Positions 9,158 through 18,788 are shown, counted from the first letter of the stretch. The stretch: DNA of 64,000 bases from Candidatus Adlerbacteria bacterium (GCA_963749085.1 CAVVLG010000003.1:155380-219379), one strand, 5' to 3'. A program made the numbers and translations. The notes: generated from the letters alone by a model not told the origin.

Positions 9158-10135
9158 ATGAGTCGCAAACGTGATAGGATGGCAGTAAAGATGCCGAAGC
9201 ATTTGTTGGAGTCACAGGATGTCACTCTCGACCTCCTGTATGAAATCTTCAACAGAGCTGACAAACTTAAAAAGATGGAGCATGAGGGCAAGTTTGATAC
9301 TTGCCTTAAAAACCGATCGGTCATCTTCATACATGATCAACCGAGTAGCCGAACTATTGAATCTTACGCCGAAGCAACACTTGATCTCGGCGGGAGATAT
9401 CGTTCGGTTTTCGTGGAGAATTCTTCCATGAGGAAAGATGAATCGCTAGAGGCGACCGTTATGACCTATGGTGACATCGGTAAAGATGTCGTCATCATCC
9501 GCTACTCCGATGCCAACGCGATATATCGAGCGGCGGTACGCTCAAAGATACCGGTCATCAATGCCGGCTCGAGCAGCGACCAACATCCCTCGCAAGGGAT
9601 ACTCGATCTCAAGACCATCTTTGACCGCGAGGGGAAGTTGGAGGGTACCGCCATCGTATTCGCAGGCAACCTTGCCGAAGGCAGGGCGTCGAACTCTGCC
9701 ATCTATCAATTTTCCAGGATACGGGATGTACATCTGATATTGGCGTCACCTGAAAAATTGAAGGTAAAAGGCCCCCTGCGGTGGCATCTTCATAAGCGCG
9801 AACAGGAAGGAATCATCAAGGTCACTGAGACCAGTGACCTTCGTTGGGGGCTCAGGCAGGTCCGTTTCCTATATCAAACGCGTGATCAGAAGGAGATGTC
9901 GGAAAATCCTAAACTTCTTGCCTTGCTAAAGGATTTCTGGATCACTCGTCAAATGCTTATCGACTATCCCGATCTGGAGGTGTTGCATCCGCTTCCGCAC
10001 AACGACGAGCTTCCGACCGAACTGGAAGATCATCCGCGAGTCCTTATCCACAAACAGATGCGCAATGGCAAGTTTACTCGCCAGGCATGGCTGCAAATGC
10101 TCGCCGAGCATCATCTCGACAGGTACTCCTCCTAA
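9158..10135 (+). CDS. Aspartate/ornithine carbamoyltransferase family protein (PyrB-like)
   Basis: SSRTIESY (degenerate STRTR carbamoyl-phosphate motif), HPSQGILDL (HPxQ), HPLP motif; about 325 aa. Confidence 0.6.
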   Translation: MSRKRDRMAVKMPKHLLESQDVTLDLLYEIFNRADKLKKMEHEGKFDTCLKNRSVIFIHDQPSSRTIESYAEATLDLGGRYRSVFVENSSMRKDESLEATVMTYGDIGKDVVIIRYSDANAIYRAAVRSKIPVINAGSSSDQHPSQGILDLKTIFDREGKLEGTAIVFAGNLAEGRASNSAIYQFSRIRDVHLILASPEKLKVKGPLRWHLHKREQEGIIKVTETSDLRWGLRQVRFLYQTRDQKEMSENPKLLALLKDFWITRQMLIDYPDLEVLHPLPHNDELPTELEDHPRVLIHKQMRNGKFTRQAWLQMLAEHHLDRYSS

Positions 10136-10154
10136 CCTATATCGGCCATCAGAT

Positions 10155-10192
10155 ACCCGTCCCGGATTCATTTCGGGACGGGTTCTTTTTTT
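10155..10192 (+). terminator. Rho-independent terminator
   Basis: acccgtcccg...cgggacgggt hairpin plus T9. Confidence 0.7.
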
Positions 10193-12164
10193 AAAAATCT
10201 ACTTTAATAGAATCGGGAATTATATCCTCCTTCTTTTTCGGCGTGATGCCGTGGACTACAAGAATCTTTTCGAACTCCTCGCGCTCAAGTGTTTCAACTT
10301 CGACTAAACGGTGCGCGATGGCATCGAGCGTCTTGCGGTGCGTGGTGATGATGTCAGTTGCTTTTTTGTACGCTTCGTCGATGATACGTTTTACTTCGGT
10401 GTCGATTTCGCCGGATACTTTCTCAGAATATTCTTTGCCATTAACACCGGCGCCAAAAAGTGCATGGCCATTATCGCCTTCAAGCGCGACGGTTCCCATT
10501 TTATCGCTCATGCCCCACCGGGTCACCATGTTGCGCGCGAGGTTAGTTAAGACCTGCAGGTCGTTGGAGGGGCCTGTGGTTATGTCACCAAAAACCATTT
10601 TCTCGGCGACGTAACCCCCGAGGCTCATGGCAATGTCGTCCAGAAATTCCTTTTTGCTTTGCATACGTTTGTCTTCAAACGGAAGTTTCAGGGTATAACC
10701 CGCCGCACGACCGCGGGAGATGATAGAAATTTTGTGCACGGGGTCGGCATACGGCAGGAGCGAGGCCACGAGTGCATGTCCCGCTTCGTGGTAGGCGGTT
10801 ATTTCCTTTTCTTTTTTATTCAACACATGCGATTTCCGCTCGGGACCAAGCATCACCTTCTCAATCGAGCGGATAAGGTCGTATTGCGCGACGGTCTTAC
10901 GGTTTTCGCGCGCCGCCAAAATGGCGCCTTCGTTCATAAGCGAGAAGAGATCGGCGCCGGAGAAGCCGGGGGTGCGCTCCGCGACCACTTCGAGATTTAC
11001 GTCCTCGGCGAACGGTTTCTTGCGCGAGTGAATTTTCAAAATTTCAAGACGATCCTGCCGGTCGGGCAGCTCAATGACGACGCGGCGGTCGAAGCGGCCG
11101 GGACGAAGCAGCGCCGGATCAAGCACGTCGGGTCGGTTAGTTGCCGCCATGACGATAACCTTTTCATTCGGTTCGAATCCGTCCATCTCCACCAGAATTT
11201 GGTTGAGCGTCTGTTCGCGCTCGTCGTTGCCGCCGCCCACACCAGTTCCGCGTACGCGTCCCACTGCGTCTATCTCGTCGACGAAGATGATTGCCGGCGC
11301 GGCGCGTTTGGCGGTCAAGAAAAGATCCCTCACGCGGCTCGCACCAACACCGACAAACATTTCAACGAACTCCGAACCCGAGATGGAAAAAAACGGCACA
11401 CCCGCCTCCCCGGCTACTGCGCGTGCAAGAAGTGTCTTTCCCGTGCCCGGTGCGCCCATGAGCAAAATACCCTTGGGTATGCGCGCGCCGATATCGAGGA
11501 ATTTTTTTGGATTTTTCAGAAAATCTACTATTTCAAGCAACTCTTCTTTCGCTTCTTTGGCTCCTGCCACATCCTTGAAGGTCACGCGCGTACCCGCATC
11601 GTTAGGGTCAATGACGCGCGGTTTGCTTTGGCCGAAGGAGAACGCCTGCATGCCGGCGCCCCGCACTTGCCTCGAGAGATACCAGACGAAAAACGCGATT
11701 AAGAGAAGCGGCGCGGCGAAGGGCGCCAACAACTGGAGCCAGAACTCCCAGCCGCTCTGGCTGACGATATTTATCGTGACCTTGTTCATCTGCGTACTCG
11801 AAACACCGTAGTCATACAGCGTCTGGGTGAGCGGCGTGCCCGGTTCTTTTTGCGAGGTTTTCTCGGTCGAGGAGGCATTGTTGTAGATGACGTCAAGGTC
11901 GTCTCCGTTGACGTTTATGGTCGCCACCTTCCCCGCCTCGACGTCCTGCGCTACTTGCGAGATAGGTATTGCCTGCGGCTGGGGGCCGCCGCTGGTTGCA
12001 AAATAGGTGTAGGCACCCGCCAGAAGCAGGAGAAGGAGGACTGTAGTGGCCAGATTCACCCAGAAAGAATCTCCCTGCGGTAATTTGGGGAGCCCGGGCA
12101 TGTTACGGCGCGGTTTGGGGGGCTTTTTATCCCCCTGTGTTTGCTTATTCGGAGCGTCTGCCAT
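10191..12164 (-). CDS. ftsH: ATP-dependent zinc metalloprotease FtsH
   Basis: 2 TM, AAA Walker [24 protein letters not shown], second region of homology, HEAGHAL zinc motif; start set at MADAPNKQ to avoid overlap with smpB. Confidence 0.9.
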   Translation of the reverse strand: MADAPNKQTQGDKKPPKPRRNMPGLPKLPQGDSFWVNLATTVLLLLLLAGAYTYFATSGGPQPQAIPISQVAQDVEAGKVATINVNGDDLDVIYNNASSTEKTSQKEPGTPLTQTLYDYGVSSTQMNKVTINIVSQSGWEFWLQLLAPFAAPLLLIAFFVWYLSRQVRGAGMQAFSFGQSKPRVIDPNDAGTRVTFKDVAGAKEAKEELLEIVDFLKNPKKFLDIGARIPKGILLMGAPGTGKTLLARAVAGEAGVPFFSISGSEFVEMFVGVGASRVRDLFLTAKRAAPAIIFVDEIDAVGRVRGTGVGGGNDEREQTLNQILVEMDGFEPNEKVIVMAATNRPDVLDPALLRPGRFDRRVVIELPDRQDRLEILKIHSRKKPFAEDVNLEVVAERTPGFSGADLFSLMNEGAILAARENRKTVAQYDLIRSIEKVMLGPERKSHVLNKKEKEITAYHEAGHALVASLLPYADPVHKISIISRGRAAGYTLKLPFEDKRMQSKKEFLDDIAMSLGGYVAEKMVFGDITTGPSNDLQVLTNLARNMVTRWGMSDKMGTVALEGDNGHALFGAGVNGKEYSEKVSGEIDTEVKRIIDEAYKKATDIITTHRKTLDAIAHRLVEVETLEREEFEKILVVHGITPKKKEDIIPDSIKVDF

Positions 12165-12223
12165 TGCGAAAACATCATAACACTTTCTATGTTTTTTGGC
12201 AAAAAAAATGGTAGAGTGGGCGC

Positions 12224-12667
12224 ATGAACCTGGTTGAACACAAAAAAGCACGGTTGGATTATGAAATCCTCGAAGAATTCGAGGCGGGTATCGAATTATT
12301 CGGTCATGAAGTCAAATCTCTGCGTACGCGACAGGGGAAACTCGAAGGTTCTCACGCCATCGTCAGGAACGGTGAGGCATACGTAGTGGGGATGCAAATT
12401 CCACCCTACCAGCCGGCAAACACGCCTGAAAGTTACGATCCGACACGCAGCCGCCGGTTGCTTTTGACCAAGAAGGAATTGGATGAATTAGAGGCGGCCG
12501 AAGGCAAGAAAGGCTTGACAATTGTTCCACTTTCGGTGTACAATAAGGGTTCGAAGTTAAAACTGCGCCTCGCCATAGCGCGCGGCCGTAAGAAGTATGA
12601 CAAGCGCGATGTCTTGAAGAAGCGCGACGCTGAACGTGAGATTGAAAGAACTTTGAAAAATCAGTAG
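12224..12667 (+). CDS. smpB: SsrA-binding protein SmpB
   Basis: Full-length SmpB similarity (GIEL.G.EVKSLR..., C-terminal basic tail). Confidence 0.9.
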   Translation: MNLVEHKKARLDYEILEEFEAGIELFGHEVKSLRTRQGKLEGSHAIVRNGEAYVVGMQIPPYQPANTPESYDPTRSRRLLLTKKELDELEAAEGKKGLTIVPLSVYNKGSKLKLRLAIARGRKKYDKRDVLKKRDAEREIERTLKNQ

Positions 12668-12705
12668 GCCGTCCCGAAGAGCGCACAATCGGTTGCGCGC
12701 TGTTC

Positions 12706-13071
12706 GGGAGTGCAAGGCCTAGACAATACATACGTCTCTCTGCACGCAAGAGGGCAGCGGGGTTCTGCTCTAAAAACTCCAAAGATAACTGGCAAGTCAG
12801 TTCAATCACCGTATGCGGTGAACGGTTTCGCTTTCGCTAACGCCTAAGCGACCGCGCTCGCTTCTCCTCTCCTGAAAGAGAAGGCCGAGTGTTATATCTC
12901 GGGATATAGTTTCGCAAACTGATTCTCTGCGAAATTGAAACTTGGAATCTGCGGCGTAATTCGATTTCGTCCGTTTCATACGAATTATGTCAAAGACCTC
13001 AAAGCGCACTAGCTCTTGTAGACCTGCTTATAGATCTGTATTGCACGAGGGTTCGAATCCCTCCACTTCCA
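12706..13071 (+). ncRNA. ssrA: tmRNA (ssrA), about 366 nt
   Basis: Directly downstream of smpB; 3' tRNA-like T-arm GAGGGTTCGAATCCCTC plus acceptor strand CACTTCC plus discriminator A pairing with 5' GGGAGTG; P2 helix caataca (12724-12730) with tgtattg (13038-13044); in-frame tag ORF ending TAA at 12845-12847, candidate tag GKSVQSPYAVNGFAFANA. Confidence 0.65.
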
Positions 13072-13200
13072 CAAATTCAAAAGCCCTTATTTTTCAAGGC
13101 TTTACAGAGCCAGATGACAGGTGGTTGGAACCGCCGTTTTTGAGGAAATTGTTAATTTAAGCCTTGGAATAAGGAGTTTTTGCGGTTCGAATTCAGTTAC
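13072..13200 (+). repeat. Structured repeat A1 (about 130 nt), first copy, immediately 3' of tmRNA
   Basis: About 85 percent identical to 13731-13858; nested long-range complementarity (cccttattt/aataaggg, caaggct/agcctt) and inner helix with compensatory change. Confidence 0.6.
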
Positions 13201-13242
13201 TTCTATCTCGAGTTTGAATCCATCTCAGCTTTTACGTTAAAA

Positions 13243-13271
13243 TTGACAGCGTAGTCTTTGTATGTTATCTT
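13243..13271 (+). promoter_or_regulatory. Sigma-70-like promoter (TTGACA-17-TATCTT)
   Basis: Consensus -35 with acceptable -10 at 3' end of repeat A1, upstream of ORF 13307. Confidence 0.45.
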
Positions 13272-13306
13272 ACTTGCAGTCTTAGTCCCAAGCAGGAGAA
13301 GTACAG

Positions 13307-13516
13307 ATGAATAATATCACGAGAATGGGTGTGGTCGCTTTGAGTTGGTTCTTGGTGTCCGTCTCTGCCACCTGGGCATTTACAACGCTCATCCCCGGCT
13401 GTCTGCTTGGATATTTCTGTCTAGGCAAGGAGGGAGGAAAGGAACTTACCAGAACAATCGTCCTTTCCCCACTTCTTTGGACAAGAAGGTTCGTTGTATT
13501 GTCGAATAGCAACTAG
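13307..13516 (+). CDS. Small hypothetical membrane protein (69 aa)
   Basis: AGGAGA RBS 8 nt upstream; one predicted TM helix; terminator downstream. Confidence 0.4.
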   Translation: MNNITRMGVVALSWFLVSVSATWAFTTLIPGCLLGYFCLGKEGGKELTRTIVLSPLLWTRRFVVLSNSN

Positions 13517-13548
13517 GGACAATCTTCAAACAACTTGGATCTGATACC

Positions 13549-13590
13549 CCGCGCCATCAGCAATGATAAGCGCGGGTTTTTCTTTTATTT
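13549..13590 (+). terminator. Rho-independent terminator
   Basis: cccgcgcc...gcgcggg stem plus tttttctttt. Confidence 0.6.
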
Positions 13591-13655
13591 GCTTGGCAAC
13601 TTTGCAATGTATAAATGTATATACGTATTACCAAATTGCCAAGGAGTTCTATTTT
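13588..13655 (+). repeat. Repeat B1 (about 65 nt) containing palindrome ATACGTAT flanked by inverted ttggcaa/ttgccaa
   Basis: Second copy at 15826-15885 (cgtatatacgtattaccaaRttgccaaggagtt shared). Confidence 0.5.
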
Positions 13656-13730
13656 GAACAAAATAGAATCACCACAATAGAATATTCACAGAAGCAGTGA
13701 CAAGTCCTAATTCGGACAAGACAGCTCCAC

Positions 13731-13858
13731 AAATCCAAAAGCCCTTATTTTTCAAGGCTCTACAGAGCCAGGTAACGGGTGGTTAGAACCGCTGTTTTTG
13801 AGGAAATCGTTACAATAAGCCTTTAAATAAGGGTTTCATGCGGTTCGACTCCTGTTTT
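13731..13858 (+). repeat. Structured repeat A2, second copy; preceded by a copy of the tmRNA 3'-terminal motif CTCCACAAAT
   Basis: See A1; upstream 13718-13737 gctccacaaatccaaaagccc mirrors tmRNA end ccacttccacaaattcaaaagccc. Confidence 0.6.
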
Positions 13859-13879
13859 CTCTCCTGGTTCAGATTCTAC

Positions 13880-13907
13880 TTGACAGAGGTGAATTTTAGT
13901 GTATAAT
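13880..13907 (+). promoter_or_regulatory. Near-consensus sigma-70 promoter TTGACA-N16-TATAAT
   Basis: Perfect -35 and -10 hexamers 16 nt apart at 3' end of repeat A2, 40 nt upstream of ORF 13950. Confidence 0.6.
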
Positions 13908-13949
13908 TAATATAGGTTCATCGACACCAAAGCACACAGGAGATCTGTC

Positions 13950-14363
13950 ATGGGGTACTACTTCCCGAAAGCAAGGTCTCTGAAAGACCTTGACCTGCAG
14001 CAGCAAGAGCGATACAAAATCCTTCGCTCGACAGGTAGAAATCAACAGCCAGCACTTCTCAGCCGGATCGAAACAGTTGAAAAGCATGCTGGTCCAATCA
14101 CCTCGGGTGAAATCTGGTCAGCTCTCGAAGAGCTTCTCCAAGATGTCTTCGTCACATGGATACTCGCGGGAGAAGATCCTGAGAAAGTCCAGTGGGTCGA
14201 TCCAGAGGATCTGACTGAACCGACACCTCCTCCGACCGAAGAAGAAAAGCTTAAAACACGGGAGTGGTTGGAAAGTTTATCTAAACGACCGGGGTATAGG
14301 ATACCACAACCGAAGGTAACTTTGTGGGGATTGCTCCGGTCATTCATTCACAGAAGTTCCTGA
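13950..14363 (+). CDS. Hypothetical acidic protein (137 aa)
   Basis: AGGAGA RBS; driven by consensus promoter; terminator at 14382-14416. Confidence 0.45.
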   Translation: MGYYFPKARSLKDLDLQQQERYKILRSTGRNQQPALLSRIETVEKHAGPITSGEIWSALEELLQDVFVTWILAGEDPEKVQWVDPEDLTEPTPPPTEEEKLKTREWLESLSKRPGYRIPQPKVTLWGLLRSFIHRSS

Positions 14364-14381
14364 GTCATTGCCGACATACTC

Positions 14382-14416
14382 GCCGCCTTTCGCAAGAGAG
14401 GCGGTTTCTATTTATT
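14382..14416 (+). terminator. Rho-independent terminator
   Basis: gccgcct...aggcggt hairpin plus T-run. Confidence 0.55.
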
Positions 14417-14538
14417 AGTACTTTCTTACCTTAAACAAGTTATAATTCGGACAAAACATCTCCGCCTGCTTGACGATGTTCGAACCGCTTTTGGTGTTAT
14501 GCTGTGAAGAGGTTATTTATTAGTTTCTATTTATTTTT

Positions 14539-14952
14539 ATGGCACTCACCTATTTTCTCGCTCAAGTGATAGGGCTGTATCTATTGATTGTAGGACTCAC
14601 CATGCTCTTTTGGAAAAAGCGCTGGATGAATGTCCTTCACGAGTTTTGCCAAAGCCAAGGTGAAACGCTTAGATATATGCTGGGGATAGTAGCTCTTCCT
14701 TTCGGACTTCTATTGGTCTTAGTACATAACTACTGGAACATGGGGGTGCTCGCATTGGTAGTGACGCTTTTCGGGTGGATAATCTTGCTTAAAAGCATTC
14801 TGGTGTTGTTTGTGTTTTCTCCAGAACAGATGGGCCGCTTAGTCAAAGTTTTTTGGATAGAGCAATGGTGGTATGTCTACGTTGTAATAATGTTAATCAT
14901 TGGCGCGTACTTGACGCATGCCGGGTTTACTCAAACTGGGCTGTTGCACTAG
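14539..14952 (+). CDS. Hypothetical integral membrane protein (4 TM)
   Basis: Highly hydrophobic 137-aa ORF; preceded by TATAAT-TTCGGACAAAACA motif. Confidence 0.4.
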   Translation: MALTYFLAQVIGLYLLIVGLTMLFWKKRWMNVLHEFCQSQGETLRYMLGIVALPFGLLLVLVHNYWNMGVLALVVTLFGWIILLKSILVLFVFSPEQMGRLVKVFWIEQWWYVYVVIMLIIGAYLTHAGFTQTGLLH

Positions 14953-15175
14953 CACACAATCAACTTCCAGCTCCACTCACAACTTTCTAATTCGAACTCT
15001 AAGCTATGCCTCAGTATTTGGGGATTTAGCGGTTTGAATCATTCCGATCGCCTCTCAAGTTCGGTTTGGTTAGAACACTTTTTACGAACGTCGGTTTGAT
15101 AACCTCGTATCGGACATCCAACTATGGGGTGGAAAGGTGATAGAATAAAAGGATTATAAATCTTTTAAAATATGT

Positions 15176-15643
15176 ATGAATAAACGAGTGACAATAGCTG
15201 CGAATATACTTCGCCTGCTCCTAGGGTGGTTTATGTTCGTCGACGGTCTGCAAATCCTGCTCACTCCAAATTGGAGCGCGAGCAGTTTCCTTCTTGGCGC
15301 AAAAACCTTCCCCGCTTTCTATGCATGGTTCGCTCTGCCGAGCAACGGATGGTGGGTCAATCCTCTGAATGCGTGGGGTATCACACTCGTCGGGGTCGCA
15401 CTACTTCTCGGAGTCGGGACCCGGCCTGCGGCGTGGGCTGGGGCGGCACTCATGATTCTCTATTACTTCCCGCACTATGCGTTCCCGATCGTGCCAAATG
15501 GGTTCATCGTTGAAGATCATATTATCTACGCTTCGGCATTTGTGCTCGTTGCCGTCTTTCCGGCCGCGCAATCCTTCGGTCTCGCCCGATACCTTCGCGA
15601 AACGTTCTTGGAGCGGATACCGGTCGTGAGTGCATTACTATAG
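15176..15643 (+). CDS. DoxX-family membrane protein
   Basis: LLRLLLGWFMF.DG..IL 4-TM DoxX-like profile. Confidence 0.5.
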   Translation: MNKRVTIAANILRLLLGWFMFVDGLQILLTPNWSASSFLLGAKTFPAFYAWFALPSNGWWVNPLNAWGITLVGVALLLGVGTRPAAWAGAALMILYYFPHYAFPIVPNGFIVEDHIIYASAFVLVAVFPAAQSFGLARYLRETFLERIPVVSALL

Positions 15644-15792
15644 GTACGGCCCGCAACACGTTTTCAGATGGAATCTTCCATTAAGGGTGGTCTCCACGAC
15701 CCATGGTCGTCCAAGCCCGAGAACATCGACGGCGGAACGACTCTCCTCGAAGGCGCCGGCTTAGGGTGACACTACCCAACGCCAGCACAAAG

Positions 15793-15820
15793 CCCCGCGC
15801 AAATGCGGGGTTATTTTTTA
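15793..15820 (+). terminator. Rho-independent terminator
   Basis: ccccgcgcaaatgcgggg plus ttatttttt. Confidence 0.7.
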
Positions 15821-15825
15821 CTCTT

Positions 15826-15885
15826 TTTACTTAGCAACTTAGCAACGTATATACGTATTACCAAGTTGCCAAGGAGTTATAATTT
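15826..15885 (+). repeat. Repeat B2 (copy of 13588-13655) followed by TATAAT-TTGGACAAGACAACTCC motif
   Basis: See B1. Confidence 0.5.
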
Positions 15886-15971
15886 GGACAAGACAACTCC
15901 ACATTGCTGAAAAATCCTCCTAGCTGGGAGGATTTTTCTATTTACGAAACCGTGCGATAACCTATTTCTAT

Positions 15972-16103
15972 CTATGGTGTCGTTGAAGTAGTGGCTGGGG
16001 CTGTGGTCGCACTTGAAGACGAGCTCGAGTACCACCACCACCACCCAAGACCAATGACGACAACTACGATGACCACAATCCACACAATGGTTGACGTTTT
16101 CAT
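15972..16103 (-). CDS. Candidate 43-aa single-TM peptide MKTSTIVWIVVIVVVVIGLGWWWWYSSSSSATTAPATTSTTP (below ORF-track size cutoff)
   Basis: Open frame with ATG; hydrophobic helix then WWWW and Ser/Thr-rich tail; weak RBS. Confidence 0.25.
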   Translation of the reverse strand: MKTSTIVWIVVIVVVVIGLGWWWWYSSSSSSATTAPATTSTTP

Positions 16104-16211
16104 ACTCTTAATAATTAACTGATACCATCGTAAGCATAGCATGGAATTTGTGCGGTAAAGCCATCCAAGCGGGAAAAACCCTTTAAACCCTGAGGGGTGT
16201 AGAATAAGGGG

Positions 16212-16421
16212 GTGCTTTTTTCCTTCCTATTCATATGGGGCTCAGTATTTTCGGTTATTGCGGGTGCGATAGCGTTCCTTATTTCCTACAAGGAAATGGT
16301 GCATCATTATGTGCAAAAAAAAGAGCCGCTCAAACAAGCCTCACAGACCGGCATCCTCACCTTCCTATTTTTCATGGCGATAACGATCGCACTGGCATTC
16401 GGCTTGCCTTCCCTGTTCTAA
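16212..16421 (+). CDS. Small 2-TM membrane protein
   Basis: Hydrophobic 69-aa ORF directly upstream of VIT-family gene. Confidence 0.35.
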   Translation: MLFSFLFIWGSVFSVIAGAIAFLISYKEMVHHYVQKKEPLKQASQTGILTFLFFMAITIALAFGLPSLF

Positions 16422-16439
16422 TTCCAATCAATACTTATC

Positions 16440-16928
16440 ATGAAAGAAGTGTACATACGAAATATCATCTTCGGCATCGCCGACAGTTTAGTGTCGACCG
16501 TGGGGCTTCTCGCAGGCATTGACGTTGCGGGTAGCACCCATTCCACCATTATTTTGACCGGTATAGTGTACGCATTTGTCGAATCTCTTTCGATGGCGAT
16601 GGGGAGCTTTCTTTCCGAAGAAGCGACCGAGGAGTTCGAAACTAAAAACGAACACACTTCGACGGCACCGACTGTTGCCGGAGTCGTCATGTTTCTATCA
16701 TTTCTTCTTGCATCGTTCATTCCCCTCTTTCCGTACGTGATTACTGCGTCCTTCTTTGCATTATGGATCTCCATAGGACTTTCGCTTTTCACGCTCTTCA
16801 TAGTTGGTATCGTGATGGCAAAACTTTCAAACATTAAGCTCCTGCGACACGCGGTCAAAATGGTGCTGCTGGGCGGCGCGGCAATACTCGTCGGCGTCAT
16901 CGTCGGCAGATACATCCACATCCAGTAG
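16440..16928 (+). CDS. VIT1/CCC1-family (vacuolar iron transporter-like) membrane protein
   Basis: GIADSLVSTVGLLAG motif and 5-TM profile. Confidence 0.55.
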   Translation: MKEVYIRNIIFGIADSLVSTVGLLAGIDVAGSTHSTIILTGIVYAFVESLSMAMGSFLSEEATEEFETKNEHTSTAPTVAGVVMFLSFLLASFIPLFPYVITASFFALWISIGLSLFTLFIVGIVMAKLSNIKLLRHAVKMVLLGGAAILVGVIVGRYIHIQ

Positions 16929-16930
16929 TG

Positions 16931-18064
16931 TTACTGATACTGGATGAATGACGGCTGCGGAGTGAGCTTGAGTATTTGCGCCGGGGTCAGCATGCCGGAA
17001 CTCGGCGGCAACAGATCGTTTTTATAGAATAGTTTAAAACCCGTAAACTGCACCGGCTCGCCGGCTATAAAGTCGTCATAGGTGGTTATTTTTTTAGCCG
17101 GCGCCCCCCAGCCATCCATATCCATGACTATCTCAACCTGCGGCAGCGGTCGAATCTCTTGATAATTGGTCACCATGTCCTGCGTAAAACGATGCACGAC
17201 CAAGATCTTGGGCGGCAGGTTGTTCTCCGTAACCAGGGTCGCTAAGAAATTAGCAGCAAAATTGATATCGCTTGCATCAAGACTGCCGATAGCGGTATCG
17301 GGACGCTCCCCATTGTGCATCGCGAATTCCGGATCAAGAGAAAGCTCCACCTGGGGGAGACTCAGGTAAGGTGCGAGAAGCGGAACTTCAGTCTCCACAG
17401 TGCTCAACCCCACCTGCACGTCGAGAAACACCAGGCCGTGCACCTGCGCGGCCATGCTGATAGCCTGCTCTATTTGGCTCGCTGGCATCCGCAGTCGATA
17501 CTTCCCGTCGGAACCGGGACTCCCCTGTGCAGTTACAGCAATGTAGTCTATCGCAGGGATAACCGGCGTCGTCGGATCGGCGGCTTGCCACTCGGCGCTC
17601 GTACTTGCAAGCATCTGCAGCACCTGCGAAGGTGGATATTCTCCGAGCACCCCCATCTGAGTTGAGTAAAAATTACCGTAGTAGGCCACGATGCGGTAAA
17701 ACGGCAGTACCGCTCCTGCTTCGGGATAGACAGTCTTGACCGGCCACAGCGAGGTGCTCGTGGCTTCAACGACAGTAGTCGAAGAGATAGTCATCGTTGA
17801 AGAACCGGCTAGGGGAACCTGCACAACTACGGTACGGACGGGCTCGTTGGCGATGGCGATAAGTTTTTGATCATACGCCGCTATGTCGAGCATGGGTGCG
17901 GGATCGGTTTTCGATGGATTGGTGTCCGTAACAATTGCATACTCCACTGAAAAAAGACCTGAGGAGTCGACAAAATATGCAAGTGCCGCGCATGCCGCGC
18001 ACAACACGACACCTCCGGTTATGAGCGAGAGGAGATCTTTGTATTTTTTTAAAAAATGACGCAT
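16931..18064 (-). CDS. Hypothetical membrane-anchored extracytoplasmic protein (377 aa)
   Basis: N-terminal TM; no family assigned. Confidence 0.5.
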   Translation of the reverse strand: MRHFLKKYKDLLSLITGGVVLCAACAALAYFVDSSGLFSVEYAIVTDTNPSKTDPAPMLDIAAYDQKLIAIANEPVRTVVVQVPLAGSSTMTISSTTVVEATSTSLWPVKTVYPEAGAVLPFYRIVAYYGNFYSTQMGVLGEYPPSQVLQMLASTSAEWQAADPTTPVIPAIDYIAVTAQGSPGSDGKYRLRMPASQIEQAISMAAQVHGLVFLDVQVGLSTVETEVPLLAPYLSLPQVELSLDPEFAMHNGERPDTAIGSLDASDINFAANFLATLVTENNLPPKILVVHRFTQDMVTNYQEIRPLPQVEIVMDMDGWGAPAKKITTYDDFIAGEPVQFTGFKLFYKNDLLPPSSGMLTPAQILKLTPQPSFIQYQ

Positions 18065-18233
18065 GTATCTGCGATAGTAGCATTAATAGGGCAAACGCGA
18101 AGCGAAGAAGGGAGCATTTCTAAACAGTAAATACGTATTCGAGGGGCAATTCCCACCCCTTGACTGCAGGGAAGAGAGAGCCATTATACTAAGGTCACGG
18201 TCCATTATCGATTAATTAATAGCATATTTTTAT

Positions 18234-18788
18234 ATGTCAAAGCTTAAATGGGATTGGATAATTCTAGTGGCAGTCGTCGTCATCATTATTATCGCGTTTT
18301 GGTGGAGTGGCATCTTCGGCACGAGTGCCCCAGCGCAGCAATCGGCTGCCACGGTCAATAGCGTCAATTCGCTCCTCACTGAAGCCATCGCCGCTATCGA
18401 TGCTCAGATAGCCATCATCAACATCGAAGTACCGGCGCTTAGTACTACTTCTTCGAAAACACAGATAGGCACGGTTGCTGGGAACTTCCAGACAGTCGCC
18501 AACCTTATCAGGACGCTCTCGATTACCTTAGGGGCAGACATTAGCAACGCGCACAATGCGGGCACTTCGAGTGCTTCTACCGCTGCGGCCCAGGCGGCAC
18601 TGCAGGATCTCAGCCGTCAACTCTCGAACATGACTTCGCAGGCAAATGCGGCGGATGAGAACGTCATGGCCACCTCTTCGACAACTGCAACGCTTCAGCA
18701 TTCAATCACACAGTTCAAAGTGGCGCAGACTGATCTCAAAGCAGCTCGTGCTGACATCACTACCATCGTGCAAAAACTCGATATCTAG
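18234..18788 (+). CDS. Hypothetical N-terminally anchored low-complexity (Ala/Thr/Ser/Gln) helical protein
   Basis: Promoter-like TTGACT-N19-TATACT upstream; strong terminator downstream. Confidence 0.45.
   Translation: MSKLKWDWIILVAVVVIIIIAFWWSGIFGTSAPAQQSAATVNSVNSLLTEAIAAIDAQIAIINIEVPALSTTSSKTQIGTVAGNFQTVANLIRTLSITLGADISNAHNAGTSSASTAAAQAALQDLSRQLSNMTSQANAADENVMATSSTTATLQHSITQFKVAQTDLKAARADITTIVQKLDI

Noticed and set aside
10659-11811. Long plus-strand ORFs (347 and 245 aa) antisense to ftsH
   Set aside because: They lie entirely within the well-supported ftsH coding region on the opposite strand, an artefact typical of GC-biased codon structure.
13180-15060. Several GGTTCGA(A/C)T T-loop-like motifs (13183, 13846, 14490, 15041, 30166) as possible tRNA genes or fragments
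   Set aside because: No flanking complementary stems or acceptor arms. The 6-mer ttcgaa is not enriched beyond expectation. They are treated at most as att-like remnants.
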